Source: Deferribacterales bacterium | GTDB taxonomy: Bacteria > Chrysiogenota > Deferribacteres > Deferribacterales > Geovibrionaceae | DNA: 64,000 nt | NCBI GenBank assembly: GCA_050253075.1 | Contig: JBFWJS010000001.1 | Span: forward strand, 640,001-704,000 | Reading direction: 5' to 3' | Shown: positions 20,448 to 30,824 of the stretch, one piece after another | Layout: each line of letters opens with the position of its first letter | Position numbering within the stretch: the stretch's first letter is position 1 | The notes under the pieces: generated by a model | Database searches by the model: none | Told to the model about the DNA's origin: nothing | The model's input: only the letters and a program-made list of their open reading frames with translations | Translations under genes and position numbers: made by a program

Positions 20448-20783
20448 TTATATTTTTTCGTTATAGATCTCTTCGTTAAATCCGACGATCCATGTGTCGC
20501 CTATTTTGATAGTGGGTGCACGGAGGGTCCCGCTTCTGCCCATGGCTATCTGCAGCACTTCGAACCTGTCTGCATCCGCAGTATCCAGCTCGACGTACTT
20601 TTGTCCTTTGGCTATCAGTATCTTCTTACCCGAGGATATCTTTGCCCAGGCCTCATCGGCCTCTATTTTCACTTTTCTGGCTTCAACGATCTCCGCAACA
20701 TTGATTTTCTTACGCTCAAGAACCTCCTGAGCTTTCCTGCAGGATGTTCAGCCGGCTCGAAAATACATCCAATCAATTGTCAT
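20448..20783 (-). CDS. ArsC/Spx-family thioredoxin-fold selenoprotein (UxxC), 111 aa
   Basis: GAGG RBS; MTIDWMYFRAG-TGA(20750-20748)-TSCRKAQE is in frame with track ORF 20448..20672; LRAPT..G...IVGFN motif; SECIS-like hairpin at 20714-20732. Confidence 0.85.
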
Positions 20784-20846
20784 AGTACACCTCACTTGTA
20801 TAATAATACCATATTATCATTAATATACGCATTACGGCTGTAAAAT

Positions 20847-21710
20847 TTATAAAGAACGCTGAAAAATGCCCATCATGTTATAAACCAGCTGTGCCGCAGC
20901 AAAGTCGAACCCGTGGAAGTGCTCTATCGGGGCATATTCCACCACGTCGAATCCGATGCATTTGCGTGACTGCATCACCTTTTCGATGAGCTTGTGAGAC
21001 TGATACCATGTCAGTCCGCCGGGGACAGGTGTTCCCGTTGCGGGCATGATGGAAACGTCGAAAGCGTCAATGTCGAATGTGATAAAGACATTTTCGGGGA
21101 AGTAAGGGGGTAGCTCAAACGTGGCATCTCCGCCAGAGCAGAGCTCGTCGGCATCCATATAGTGGACATTGTGCCTGAGGCGCAGATTATGCTCCTCCAT
21201 GCTGTAGCTGCGTGTGCCTAGCTGATAGAAAGGTATGTCGAGGTCGAATATACGCTTCATCACGCATGCGTGGCTGAATTTTGTACCGTCGTATTCTTCT
21301 CTCAGGTCTGCATGTGCGTCGAACTGCACCACACAGAAATCCTTTCCGTATTTATTATACAGTGCCTCTATGGCTCCGTATGTGACAGTGTGCTCACCGC
21401 CGAGCAGAACGGGTATCTTGTTCAGCTCGATGGTCTTTGTCACTGCGTTTGTTATGTTTAAAAGGGTCTCTTTTATCGTACCTGTACAGTCTATTGGCGG
21501 ATATGTGTATATGCCAAGCTCTGCGGGTACTGTATGGTTGTCGAATGTCTCGAGCTGTGCGGATGCCTCGAGTATCGCTCTCGGGCCGTCTGCCGTGCCT
21601 CCGCCGAAGGAGACAGTGCGTTCATACGGCGCAGGGATAACGTGGAAAAGGGCATTCTCGGGAGCCGAGGGCTCTACATCGTCTCCGTGAAAGTTGATAA
21701 TATCGCTCAT
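20847..21710 (-). CDS. speB: Agmatinase
   Basis: GGEHTV, DAHADLR, DIDAFD, PATGTPVPGG. Confidence 0.93.
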   Translation of the reverse strand: MSDIINFHGDDVEPSAPENALFHVIPAPYERTVSFGGGTADGPRAILEASAQLETFDNHTVPAELGIYTYPPIDCTGTIKETLLNITNAVTKTIELNKIPVLLGGEHTVTYGAIEALYNKYGKDFCVVQFDAHADLREEYDGTKFSHACVMKRIFDLDIPFYQLGTRSYSMEEHNLRLRHNVHYMDADELCSGGDATFELPPYFPENVFITFDIDAFDVSIMPATGTPVPGGLTWYQSHKLIEKVMQSRKCIGFDVVEYAPIEHFHGFDFAAAQLVYNMMGIFQRSL

Positions 21711-22867
21711 GACACCCTCCCTTTATAGTCTTCGTATCCGAACCTGCGCACTACTTCGATATCCCCTTTGCTGTCAAACATGGTCAGGTCGGGCAGTTCC
21801 ACACCGTTGAACGTGGTGTTCTTTACAAAAGAGTAAAGAGCCATGTCGGTGAAGACGAGCCTGTCGCCCCGCTTCAGCGGTTTGTTGAATGAGTAGGTTC
21901 CTATGAAATCCCCTGCGAGGCATGATATCCCGCCGAGTTTATAGTCTATCTTTCTTTCGCCCGGTTCGCCCGCTCTGATAAGGTGCGGACGGTAAGGCAT
22001 CGCAAGTACATCGGGCATGTGTGTCTCTGCGGAGCAGTCGAGGACTGCTATGTCCATGCCGTTTTCTATGGTGTCGAGCACCTGAGTGACGAAAACGCCT
22101 GCGTTCAGCACGACAGCCTCCCCCGGTTCGAGGTAGACATTTATGCCGTTGTGCCTCTCACGGAAGTCGAGGATGGTCTCCACCAGCAGCTCCACGTCGT
22201 AATCCTCACGGGTGATGTGGTGTCCGCCGCCGAAGTTTATCCACTTCATTTTGTCTATCAGATGTCCGAATCTCTTTTCAAAGCTCTCCAGTACACGGAC
22301 GAGAACGTCTGCGTTCTGCTCGCACATGGCGTGGAAATGCAGTCCGTCTATCCCTGTGAGGTCTATGCCGTCCAAATCTGACGGATTTACGCCGAAGCGT
22401 GAGCCCGGTATGCATGGGTTGTAAAGGTCAACCTCTACCTCTGCGTGCCCGGGGTTACAGCGGAGCCCGACCTCTTTACCCGCAGGGATCTTATCCTTGA
22501 AAAGGTTCCACTGGGATATAGAGTTAAAGACTATATGGTCGGAGAACCTTACGGTGCGCTCGAACTGTTCGTCTTTAAATGCGGGGCTGTATGTATGTAC
22601 TTCTCTACCGAATTCCTCTCTGCCCATCTGCGCCTCGATAGGCCCGCTGGCGCATACTCCGTGCAGGTGTTCGGATATGATGTCGAACACTGCGGGCATG
22701 GCAAACGCCTTAAGGGCGAGCAGTATCTTTGCCCCCGTACGGTTCTGTACGGAGGAGAGGAGCTCGCAGTTGCGCTTTATCACCTCTCGGCTGATTAGGT
22801 AACAGGGTGTTTCCACCCTGTCTGTTATTTCTGTTGGGAAATCGGCTAAAGCCTTTTTATCTTTCAT
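21707..22867 (-). CDS. nspC: Carboxy(nor)spermidine decarboxylase
   Basis: LLALKAF, HTYSPAF, GLHFHAMCEQ, NFGGGHHIT, HMPDVL.MPY, CLAGD. Confidence 0.93.
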   Translation of the reverse strand: MKDKKALADFPTEITDRVETPCYLISREVIKRNCELLSSVQNRTGAKILLALKAFAMPAVFDIISEHLHGVCASGPIEAQMGREEFGREVHTYSPAFKDEQFERTVRFSDHIVFNSISQWNLFKDKIPAGKEVGLRCNPGHAEVEVDLYNPCIPGSRFGVNPSDLDGIDLTGIDGLHFHAMCEQNADVLVRVLESFEKRFGHLIDKMKWINFGGGHHITREDYDVELLVETILDFRERHNGINVYLEPGEAVVLNAGVFVTQVLDTIENGMDIAVLDCSAETHMPDVLAMPYRPHLIRAGEPGERKIDYKLGGISCLAGDFIGTYSFNKPLKRGDRLVFTDMALYSFVKNTTFNGVELPDLTMFDSKGDIEVVRRFGYEDYKGRVS

Positions 22868-22868
22868 A

Positions 22869-24086
22869 TTATGCAGGGAGCTCGCCTTCGAAGTCTACGA
22901 CGTTCCACGGCAGACCGCATCTGTTCAGCTCATCCATGAATGTGTCAGGGTCTAGCTGTTCTACGTTCCATACGCCTGCACCGCTCCATACGCCCTTCAC
23001 CATCATCATAGCACCTATCATAGCAGGCACGCCTGTGGTGTAGGAGACTGCCTGAGCCTGTATCTCACGGTAGCATTCTGCGTGGTCGCAAACGTTGTAT
23101 ATGTATTTCTTAAGCTGTTTTCCGTCTTTCTGTCCGTCGAATACACATCCGATAACAGCCTTGCCCGTGTAGCCCACGCCCAGTGTGCCCGGGTCGGGGA
23201 GCAGAGCTTTAAGGAACTGTATAGGAACTATCTTGCATCCGTTGAAGTCCACTTCGTCTATGCGTGTCATGCCCACGTTTGTCAGCACCTTCAGGTGTGT
23301 GATGTAGGGCTGACCGAATGTCATCCAGAATCTGATGCGCTCAAGTCCTTTGATGTTTTCCACAAGGGATTCCATCTCTTCGTGATAAAGGAGGTAGCTC
23401 TCTTTCGGGCCTGCCTCAGGGTAGTCGAATGTGAAATGTACACAGTCGTCATCGAGGATAGCAGGTGTCTCAACCCATTCGCCGTCTTTCCAGTGGCGCA
23501 CGACCTGTGTCACCTCACGGATGTTTATCTCGGGGTTGAAGTTTGTGGCGAAGGGGTGTCCGTGGTCGCCTGCGTTACAGTCGAGTATGTCTATGGTCTT
23601 TATGCTGTCGTACATGTGCTTCTGGGCGTATGCACAGAAGATGTTTGTCACGCCGGGGTCGAATCCGCATCCGAGCACAGCCATGAGACCCTTCTCTTTA
23701 AATTTGTCCTGATAAGCCCACTGCCAGCTGTATTCAAACTTTGCCTCGTCGAGGGGCTCATAGTTTGCCGTGTCGAGGTAGTGTACGTTTGCCTCGAGAC
23801 ATGCGTCCATGATGGTGAGGTCCTGATAAGGGAGCGCAACGTTGATGACCATGTAAGGCTTTTCTGCATTGAGCAGTTTTACCAGCTCAGGTACGTTATC
23901 GGCATCCACTGCCGCAGTTTTTATATTGATATCATAAAGTTTCTTAACTTCTGCTGCGATATCGTCGCACTTGCTTTTAGTACGGCTGGCGAGAACTATC
24001 TCTGTGAATACATCAGGGTTCTGCGCACATTTCTTTGCCACAACATTACCGACACCGCCTGCGCCGATGATAAGAACTTTTGCCAT
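22869..24086 (-). CDS. Carboxy(nor)spermidine dehydrogenase (saccharopine dehydrogenase family)
   Basis: IIGAGGVG, NVALPYQD, YLDTANYE, GFDPG, ATNFNPEINIRE; adjacent to nspC. Confidence 0.9.
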   Translation of the reverse strand: MAKVLIIGAGGVGNVVAKKCAQNPDVFTEIVLASRTKSKCDDIAAEVKKLYDINIKTAAVDADNVPELVKLLNAEKPYMVINVALPYQDLTIMDACLEANVHYLDTANYEPLDEAKFEYSWQWAYQDKFKEKGLMAVLGCGFDPGVTNIFCAYAQKHMYDSIKTIDILDCNAGDHGHPFATNFNPEINIREVTQVVRHWKDGEWVETPAILDDDCVHFTFDYPEAGPKESYLLYHEEMESLVENIKGLERIRFWMTFGQPYITHLKVLTNVGMTRIDEVDFNGCKIVPIQFLKALLPDPGTLGVGYTGKAVIGCVFDGQKDGKQLKKYIYNVCDHAECYREIQAQAVSYTTGVPAMIGAMMMVKGVWSGAGVWNVEQLDPDTFMDELNRCGLPWNVVDFEGELPA

Positions 24087-24141
24087 TTTTTCTTTCTCCT
24101 TTTTAAATCTAAGTCTGTTTTGTATTCTATATACTGTTTAG

Positions 24142-24245
24142 GTCACTGCGAGGAGGTTCGCTGAACCGACGCGGCAGTCTTCCAAGCTGGTTTAATACAG
24201 CAATGAGGGAAGATTGCCACACCCGCTCCGTGGGTTCGCAATGAC
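24142..24245. repeat. REP-like palindromic element
   Basis: GTCACTGCGAGG...CGACGCGGCAGTCT...AGATTGCCAC...TCGCAATGAC. Confidence 0.75.
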
Positions 24246-24248
24246 AAA

Positions 24249-26180
24249 TTATTCCTTTTCGTAGTAGGTGTATCCTCTGAGACCCTCTTCAAATCCTTCG
24301 AGAATCTTCTTTCTCTCTTTCGGTGTGATGAAGCCCTCTTTGATAGAGTTTTCCGCCAGTTGTTTCAGACGGTTCTTCATAGCTTTCACATCGTATTCCA
24401 CATAGCTGAGAACATCGGCCACGCTGTCCCCTTCGAGCTCCTGGGAGACTTCGTATGTGCCGTCCTCTTCCACGTATACGGATACCACGTGAGTATCTCC
24501 GAAGAGGTTGTGCAGGTCGCCCAGAGTCTCCTGATATGCACCCACGAGGAAGACGCCGAGGTAGTATTCCTCATCTTCTTTCAGGTTGTGGAGCATAACG
24601 AGCCCCTTCGGCTGCTCCATATCGGGGAAGCAGTCTATCTTTCCGTCACAGTCGCATGTGATGTCGGATATGATAGCAGGGTGGTAAGGCACCTCATTAA
24701 GCCTGTGTATAGGCACTACGGGGAAGATCTGGTTTATCGCCCAAACGTCGGGGAGTGACTGGAACAGACTGAAGTTTCCGTAATATATATCGAAAAGCAG
24801 CTTGTCGATGTACTGCACGTCTCTCGGAGGGTGCTTCATCTTTGCCGCCAGTCGGGATATGTGTATCAGTATGTGACGGACGATGTTTTCCGCCAGCGCC
24901 TTTTCTCTCAGTGTTATCTGACCGTGTTTAAAGAGCTGTCTCGACTGGTTGCGGTAAAAGAGGACGTCGTTGCAGCACTCCTGAATGTTTTTCTCATTCA
25001 GCATGTTCAGGGTAGACATAAGGTTCTCGAGTAGGTCGTTTGTGGTCTCGGGGAGCTTTTCAGGGAGCGGATGCGGGATGAATGATGATACGTCCAGCAC
25101 GTTGAAAAGCAGAATAGAGTAGTATGCCACTGTGGCACGACCGGACTCTGTGACTATTGTCGGGTGCGGGATATTGTTTTTATCCAGCACTGTTATGATG
25201 GATTCTACGATGTCGTAGCAGTATTCTTCTGTCGTATAGTTTCGGCTGGAGCTTGTGCTTGTGTTCGAGCCGTCATAGTCCACGGCGAGACCCCCGCCGA
25301 AGTCGATGATGTGCATGCTCGCACCTTCTTTAACGAGCTCTTCGTAGACACGGCAAGCCTCCATAGCACCAGCTCGGATGTCGCGGATGTTGGCTATCTG
25401 TGAGCCGATGTGATAGTGGAGGAGGTTAAGACAGTCGAGCATCTTCTCCTCTTTCAGCTTGTCTATCACGTCTATCATCTGGCTGATGGTCAGTCCGAAG
25501 ACGCTGTTGTCACCGCCTGATTCAGACCACTGACCCTCTGCCTGTGTCGTCAGTTTTGCACGGAGGCCGAGGAGCGGACGCACCTTCAGCTTTTTCGCAC
25601 GTTCGATTATCACATCTATTTCGCCGGGTACTTCTACCACGAAGTAGCATTTGAAGCCCATTTTGACAGCATTCAGACCGAGGTCGATGAACTCTTCGTC
25701 TTTGTATCCGTTGCATATGAGGAATGCATTGCGGTTGTCCAGCATAGAGATAGCAGCCAGAAGCTCAGGCTTGCTGCCTGCTTCGAGTCCGTGGTTGAAC
25801 GCTTTGCCGTATCTGGTGATGGTCTCGATGACCTGTTCCTGCTGGTTAACCTTTATGGGGAATACGCCTTTGAACTCTCCCTGATAGCCGGTTTCTTTAA
25901 TGACCTTGCGGAAAGTTTCATGCAGGAGCTTTATCTGTGAGCCGAGGATGTTTTCAATGCGGAGAATGACAGGCATAGAGAGGCCTCTGTCTTCGATCTC
26001 GCAAGCGATTTCATGGAGGCTGATCTGCGGGCCTTTATTACGTCCGAAAGGTGTGACGACTATGTCGCCTTTTGCGTTGACGGTAAAATAGTCTGCACCC
26101 CATTTATCTATGGCATAGTGCTCTGCCGCTTCTTTTACTGTCCAGTTTCGTGTCTTTTCAGGGTCTCTCCACATTTGCAT
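24249..26180 (-). CDS. speA: Biosynthetic arginine decarboxylase
   Basis: FPIKVNQ, GLEAGSKPEL, HYHIGSQ, GGGLAVDYDG, DITCDCDG, GAYQE.LGD.HNLFG. Confidence 0.95.
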   Translation of the reverse strand: MQMWRDPEKTRNWTVKEAAEHYAIDKWGADYFTVNAKGDIVVTPFGRNKGPQISLHEIACEIEDRGLSMPVILRIENILGSQIKLLHETFRKVIKETGYQGEFKGVFPIKVNQQEQVIETITRYGKAFNHGLEAGSKPELLAAISMLDNRNAFLICNGYKDEEFIDLGLNAVKMGFKCYFVVEVPGEIDVIIERAKKLKVRPLLGLRAKLTTQAEGQWSESGGDNSVFGLTISQMIDVIDKLKEEKMLDCLNLLHYHIGSQIANIRDIRAGAMEACRVYEELVKEGASMHIIDFGGGLAVDYDGSNTSTSSSRNYTTEEYCYDIVESIITVLDKNNIPHPTIVTESGRATVAYYSILLFNVLDVSSFIPHPLPEKLPETTNDLLENLMSTLNMLNEKNIQECCNDVLFYRNQSRQLFKHGQITLREKALAENIVRHILIHISRLAAKMKHPPRDVQYIDKLLFDIYYGNFSLFQSLPDVWAINQIFPVVPIHRLNEVPYHPAIISDITCDCDGKIDCFPDMEQPKGLVMLHNLKEDEEYYLGVFLVGAYQETLGDLHNLFGDTHVVSVYVEEDGTYEVSQELEGDSVADVLSYVEYDVKAMKNRLKQLAENSIKEGFITPKERKKILEGFEEGLRGYTYYEKE

Positions 26181-26565
26181 CTCTCCGTATAAATGGTCGT
26201 AAGTGATTCTAACATATTTAAAAGGTAATTTCTAACCTGTCTTGTTTTTGTATTCTATTTTACAAAACCAAGAATATTTAAGTAAAATGAGCTCAAATGT
26301 CAATATGTTTTTTATATTAAATTGCAGAAATCCCATTGAAATTCAAGGCTTTATCTGTTGTTATATTTGTGTCAGGAATATGTATAAAATGTTTAATATA
26401 GTGCTTTATATTCGTCAATATGAGCCTGTGTAATTGCTATAAGATATGAAAAATGAGAAAACATTAAAAAAATGGCGTTGGAATGGTATTTTTTTCAGAA
26501 GATTTCTTTGGTTTTAATTTCGGTTTTGAACTGTTATTATTGCGTAAGATATACAAGAGGGAGAT

Positions 26566-28323
26566 ATGAGACGCATCCTTCGCAGTGCGGTGCTTATTGT
26601 TATAGTCGTGATGTCTGTGGCTATGATGTACCTGCCGTATGTAGAGCTCAAAAAGAATGCTGTGGAAGACTTGAACGAGAGGCAGGAGCTGATAGTCAAT
26701 CAGACTGCGCTCAGTATCGAGACATTCTTCGCCGAACAGAGGAAGATGCTGCGGCATTTTGCTATGCATCCCACTTTCATCAATTTCAATGCTGACGGCG
26801 CCCTCTCTATCCAGAGGGAATATATAAACTCATCGCACTATGTGAAAGCTATCACACGCTATGATTCAGACGGTATTATAATGTATTCATACCCATATCC
26901 TGAGGATTCTATCGGTAAGGATATATCCGCACAGGCACATGTTAAAAAGATACTGGCAGAGCATAAGCCAAACATTAGCGACGTCTTCACCGCCGTGCAG
27001 GGGTATGAGACCGTAGCACTGTCCGAGCCGATATTTGACGGTGACGAATTTGTGGGTGTTGTGGCTTTTCTGATAGATTTCAAATTTATCGCAAGAAATT
27101 TCCTCGAAAATATCCGGATAGGTGAGAACGGCTATGCGTGGATGATAAGCCGTGACGGAACAGAGCTGTACTGCCCCATCCATGATCATTCCGGCAAAAG
27201 CATAAAAGACACTGCCGAATCTTTCCCTTCTGCTATGCGCATGGTAGAGAGCATGATGAGGGGAGAATCGGGCGTCACTTCTTACATCTTTGACAGGATA
27301 AAGGATAAAGAAACAGAGATAATCAAAAAATATGCCGTGTATGCCCCGATAAAGCTCGAAGACACATTCTGGTCCGTGGCTGTATCCACGCCTGAATCGG
27401 ATGTGTATGCTGACCTGTATGTTTTTATAAAGAAAATGCTTTTCGCCTTATTAATGCTGGTGTCTGCACTTATGGTTTATGTGGTGATATCCGTGCACGA
27501 CTATAATCTGGCGAAGCGGAACGAAGAGCTTCAGAAGCTGGTGGATGCCGAGATAGCAAAGCGGGAAAAGCAGGAGAAGATAATGCTCCAGCAGGCTCGC
27601 TTTTACAGCATGACAGAGACTCTGAACGCCATAGCCCATCAGTGGCGGCAGCCTCTCAATGCCATCGGGCTGTGTGTGCAGGATCTGGAGGAAGCATACG
27701 AAAGCGGAGAGCTGGACAAGCAGTATCTGAGCGAAACAGTGGAAAAGACAATGGAAAGGCTCATGTCCCTTTCATCGACCATAGATGATTTCAGGACATT
27801 CTTCGTAGAGAGGAAAGAGGCAGCAGAAGTGAACCTGTGCGAAGAGATAATGGACATCTATAACGTGGTAAGGGTGAAGTATGACGCCATAGGAATATCG
27901 TGTAAATTCACCGTGGATAACGCACCGCTAGACCACGCAGAGGTCTGCAGCAAAGAGCAGTATAGGGCAAAGATATACCCTGATAAACTGAAGCAGGCTG
28001 TGCTGAACTGTCTGAGCAATTCCCGAGAGGCGATAGAACGACTGCATAATAAGGGGACTATCTATAAAGGCGAGATATGGATAAAGCTCGGGGTGAAAGA
28101 CGGCGTGTACGAGCTGGAGATCATAGATAACGGCGGCGGTATAGACGAGAGCATAAAGGACAGGATATTCGACCCGTATTTCACCACAAAGGAAACAACC
28201 CTCGGTATGGGGCAGGGGCTTTATGTCACAAGGATGCTGGTGGAGGAGAGTCTGGGCGGAAGTATCTCTGTGGATAATATAAACAAGGGAGTGCGTGTAT
28301 CTTTTAAATTCCGCTCCTTATAA
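26566..28323 (+). CDS. Sensor histidine kinase with dCache domain
   Basis: Two TM helices around a Cache-like region; IAHQWRQPL H-box; DNGGG and FDPYFTTK. Confidence 0.9.
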   Translation: MRRILRSAVLIVIVVMSVAMMYLPYVELKKNAVEDLNERQELIVNQTALSIETFFAEQRKMLRHFAMHPTFINFNADGALSIQREYINSSHYVKAITRYDSDGIIMYSYPYPEDSIGKDISAQAHVKKILAEHKPNISDVFTAVQGYETVALSEPIFDGDEFVGVVAFLIDFKFIARNFLENIRIGENGYAWMISRDGTELYCPIHDHSGKSIKDTAESFPSAMRMVESMMRGESGVTSYIFDRIKDKETEIIKKYAVYAPIKLEDTFWSVAVSTPESDVYADLYVFIKKMLFALLMLVSALMVYVVISVHDYNLAKRNEELQKLVDAEIAKREKQEKIMLQQARFYSMTETLNAIAHQWRQPLNAIGLCVQDLEEAYESGELDKQYLSETVEKTMERLMSLSSTIDDFRTFFVERKEAAEVNLCEEIMDIYNVVRVKYDAIGISCKFTVDNAPLDHAEVCSKEQYRAKIYPDKLKQAVLNCLSNSREAIERLHNKGTIYKGEIWIKLGVKDGVYELEIIDNGGGIDESIKDRIFDPYFTTKETTLGMGQGLYVTRMLVEESLGGSISVDNINKGVRVSFKFRSL

Positions 28324-28369
28324 TACTTGCGCTATTAGATTTTAACGGTTATTTTACTCACACAAAATC

Positions 28370-28912
28370 ATGCTTACATTCATAGATATTCTCGGCATTG
28401 CCGTGGCGATGAGCATAGATGCTTTCTGCGTTTCCGTATGCATCGGGATGAAATATCACGAGACAAAGCACTATCTCAGGCTTGGAACTTCTTTCGGTTT
28501 TTTTCAGTTTGCTATGCCTGTTATCGGTGCATTCGCCGGGCGGGTTATGCTGGAATACACCCATAATCTTAAATATCTCGCCGCAGCCATACTCTTCTTT
28601 GTCGCTTTTAACATGCTGAAAGAGGGGATATGTCATAAGGAATGTAAGGTCTATACATCTGACCCGACGATAGGCATGTCTCTCATTATGCTCTCTCTGG
28701 CGACCAGCATGGACGCACTGGGTGCGGGCATTTCGCTGGCTCTGTGGGACGGCGGCATAGTATATGCATCTGCCGTGATAGGCGTTGTCTGCCTGCTGTT
28801 TGCTATGGGCGGGGTGCATATGGGGCGCACCAGCAAGAAATACATCGGGCATTATGCCGAGTATGCCGGCTCTCTCGTTCTCGCTCTTATCGGGTTGAAA
28901 TTCATTTTCTGA
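28370..28912 (+). CDS. mntP: Manganese efflux pump MntP
   Basis: AMSIDAF, FGFFQF.MP, ATSMDAL motifs. Confidence 0.85.
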   Translation: MLTFIDILGIAVAMSIDAFCVSVCIGMKYHETKHYLRLGTSFGFFQFAMPVIGAFAGRVMLEYTHNLKYLAAAILFFVAFNMLKEGICHKECKVYTSDPTIGMSLIMLSLATSMDALGAGISLALWDGGIVYASAVIGVVCLLFAMGGVHMGRTSKKYIGHYAEYAGSLVLALIGLKFIF

Positions 28913-28970
28913 TAGAAGCATCAAGTCCTTTCTGTTATTCTGAAATATATTCTTCAAACGGTGATGCTAT

Positions 28971-30806
28971 ATGGGATACAGGAATCTGCGTTCATGCCTG
29001 AACGACCTTGAAAAATTCGGACAGCTCAAAAGAATTACTGCGGAGATAGACCCTTATCTCGAGGCGGGGCTCATTCAGCGGCTTACATACCGTGCGGGCG
29101 GACCTGCGCTTTTATTTGAAAATGTGAAGGGGTCAAAGTTTCCTATGGCGGGGAACATCTTCGGCACAATGGAGCGCACCAGATTTATCTTCCGTGATGC
29201 TCTGCCTGTCATCGAGGCGATGGTAAAAGCGAAGCTGAACCCGAAGGAACTGCTGAAGGACTACCGAGCCCTTTTGAAACTGCCGAAGGGCGCATATAAC
29301 CTACTGCCTAAATCCGTGGCGACAGGTGCCGTTATGGAGAATCACTGCGAACTAGCCGACCTTCCCCGGTTTTACAGCTGGCCGATGGACGGAGGCGGAT
29401 TCATCACCCTGCCGCTTGTATATACCGAGGCTCTCGCAGGGGGGTATAAAAACAGCAATCTGGGCATGTACCGTGTTCAGATATCAGGCAACGAATACGA
29501 CTCGAACGAGTGCGGACTGCACTATCAGATACACAGAGGTATAGGCATACACCACAGAGAGGCGGAACAGGCGGGGGAGAAGCTCCGTGTGAACGTCTTC
29601 ATCGGCGGTGCGCCTTCTCTTACTCTGGCTGCCGTGATGCCGCTCCCCGAGGGGATGCCCGAGGTTTCCTTTGCGGGCGTGCTGGGCGGACACCGCATAC
29701 CTTTCATAAAGCGGAGCGGTATGCTCCCTATGCCTGCCGAGTGTGATTTTGTCATAAGCGGTACGATCAGTCCCAGCTTTACAAAGCCCGAAGGTCCATT
29801 CGGAGACCATGTCGGCTATTACAGCATGAAGCACGACTTCCCCGTTATGAAGGTGGATAAGGTATGGCACAGAAACGACGCCATATTCCCTTTCACATCA
29901 GTGGGCAGACCTCCGCAGGAGGACACCAGCTTCGGCGATTTCATCCACGAGCTCACGGGGGAGCTCATCCCTGATGTTCTGCCGGGCGTAAAGGCTGTGC
30001 ATGCTGTGGATGCGGCGGGGGTTCATCCTCTCCTGCTGGCTATCGGAAGCGAGCGTTACACGCCTTATCAGGAGCAGACAGAGCCGAAAGAGATACTCAC
30101 ACAGGCGAACGCCATACTCGGACAGGGTCAGCTTTCTCTGGCGAAATATCTATTTATAGCGAATCATTACGACGACGAGTCCCTTGATATACATAAGCCC
30201 GAAGTCTTCCTTAAGCATATGCTTGAGCGTGCGGACTGGAGGCGTGACCTGCACTTTCAGACATCTGTCACCATCGACACTCTGGACTATACAGGGCACG
30301 GGCTGAACAGAGGCTCGAAGCTGACCATAGCAGCAGCGGGTAAGAAAGTGCGGGACCTGCCGAAGGAACTCCCTGAAAACCTGATACTCCCTGCGGGGTT
30401 TGAAAAACCTCGTGTGGTGATGGACGGAGTTATCGCCGTGCAGGGGCCGAAGAGCCTTAATGAAAGGGGCGAATCGGACAAGCTGATGGAGCATTTCTGC
30501 CAGTCTATAGAGTTGGACAGACCTATAAATAAATTTCCGCTTATAGTCGTTGTGGACGACAGCGAATTTGTTTCTGCGGATATAGATAACTTTCTCTGGG
30601 TGACATTCACCAGATCAAACCCTGCCACGGACGTTTACGGTATCGGTGCACACACCCGGTGCAAGCACTTCGGGTGTGAGGGCTCTCTTGTGATAGATGC
30701 AAGGGTGAAGCCTTTCCATGCGCCTGCGCTGGAACTGCCGAAAGAGGTGGAGCAAAAGGTTTATGACATGGCTGCGAAGGGCGGACCTTTAGAGGGACTT
30801 TTCTGA
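28971..30806 (+). CDS. UbiD-family prFMN decarboxylase (long form, possibly menaquinone/futalosine route)
   Basis: GPALLFENV, WPMDGG.FITLP, NLGMYR, EGPFGDH.GYY, GRPPQED. Confidence 0.88.
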   Translation: MGYRNLRSCLNDLEKFGQLKRITAEIDPYLEAGLIQRLTYRAGGPALLFENVKGSKFPMAGNIFGTMERTRFIFRDALPVIEAMVKAKLNPKELLKDYRALLKLPKGAYNLLPKSVATGAVMENHCELADLPRFYSWPMDGGGFITLPLVYTEALAGGYKNSNLGMYRVQISGNEYDSNECGLHYQIHRGIGIHHREAEQAGEKLRVNVFIGGAPSLTLAAVMPLPEGMPEVSFAGVLGGHRIPFIKRSGMLPMPAECDFVISGTISPSFTKPEGPFGDHVGYYSMKHDFPVMKVDKVWHRNDAIFPFTSVGRPPQEDTSFGDFIHELTGELIPDVLPGVKAVHAVDAAGVHPLLLAIGSERYTPYQEQTEPKEILTQANAILGQGQLSLAKYLFIANHYDDESLDIHKPEVFLKHMLERADWRRDLHFQTSVTIDTLDYTGHGLNRGSKLTIAAAGKKVRDLPKELPENLILPAGFEKPRVVMDGVIAVQGPKSLNERGESDKLMEHFCQSIELDRPINKFPLIVVVDDSEFVSADIDNFLWVTFTRSNPATDVYGIGAHTRCKHFGCEGSLVIDARVKPFHAPALELPKEVEQKVYDMAAKGGPLEGLF

Positions 30807-30824
30807 GCGAAGTGAAGAATCTGA

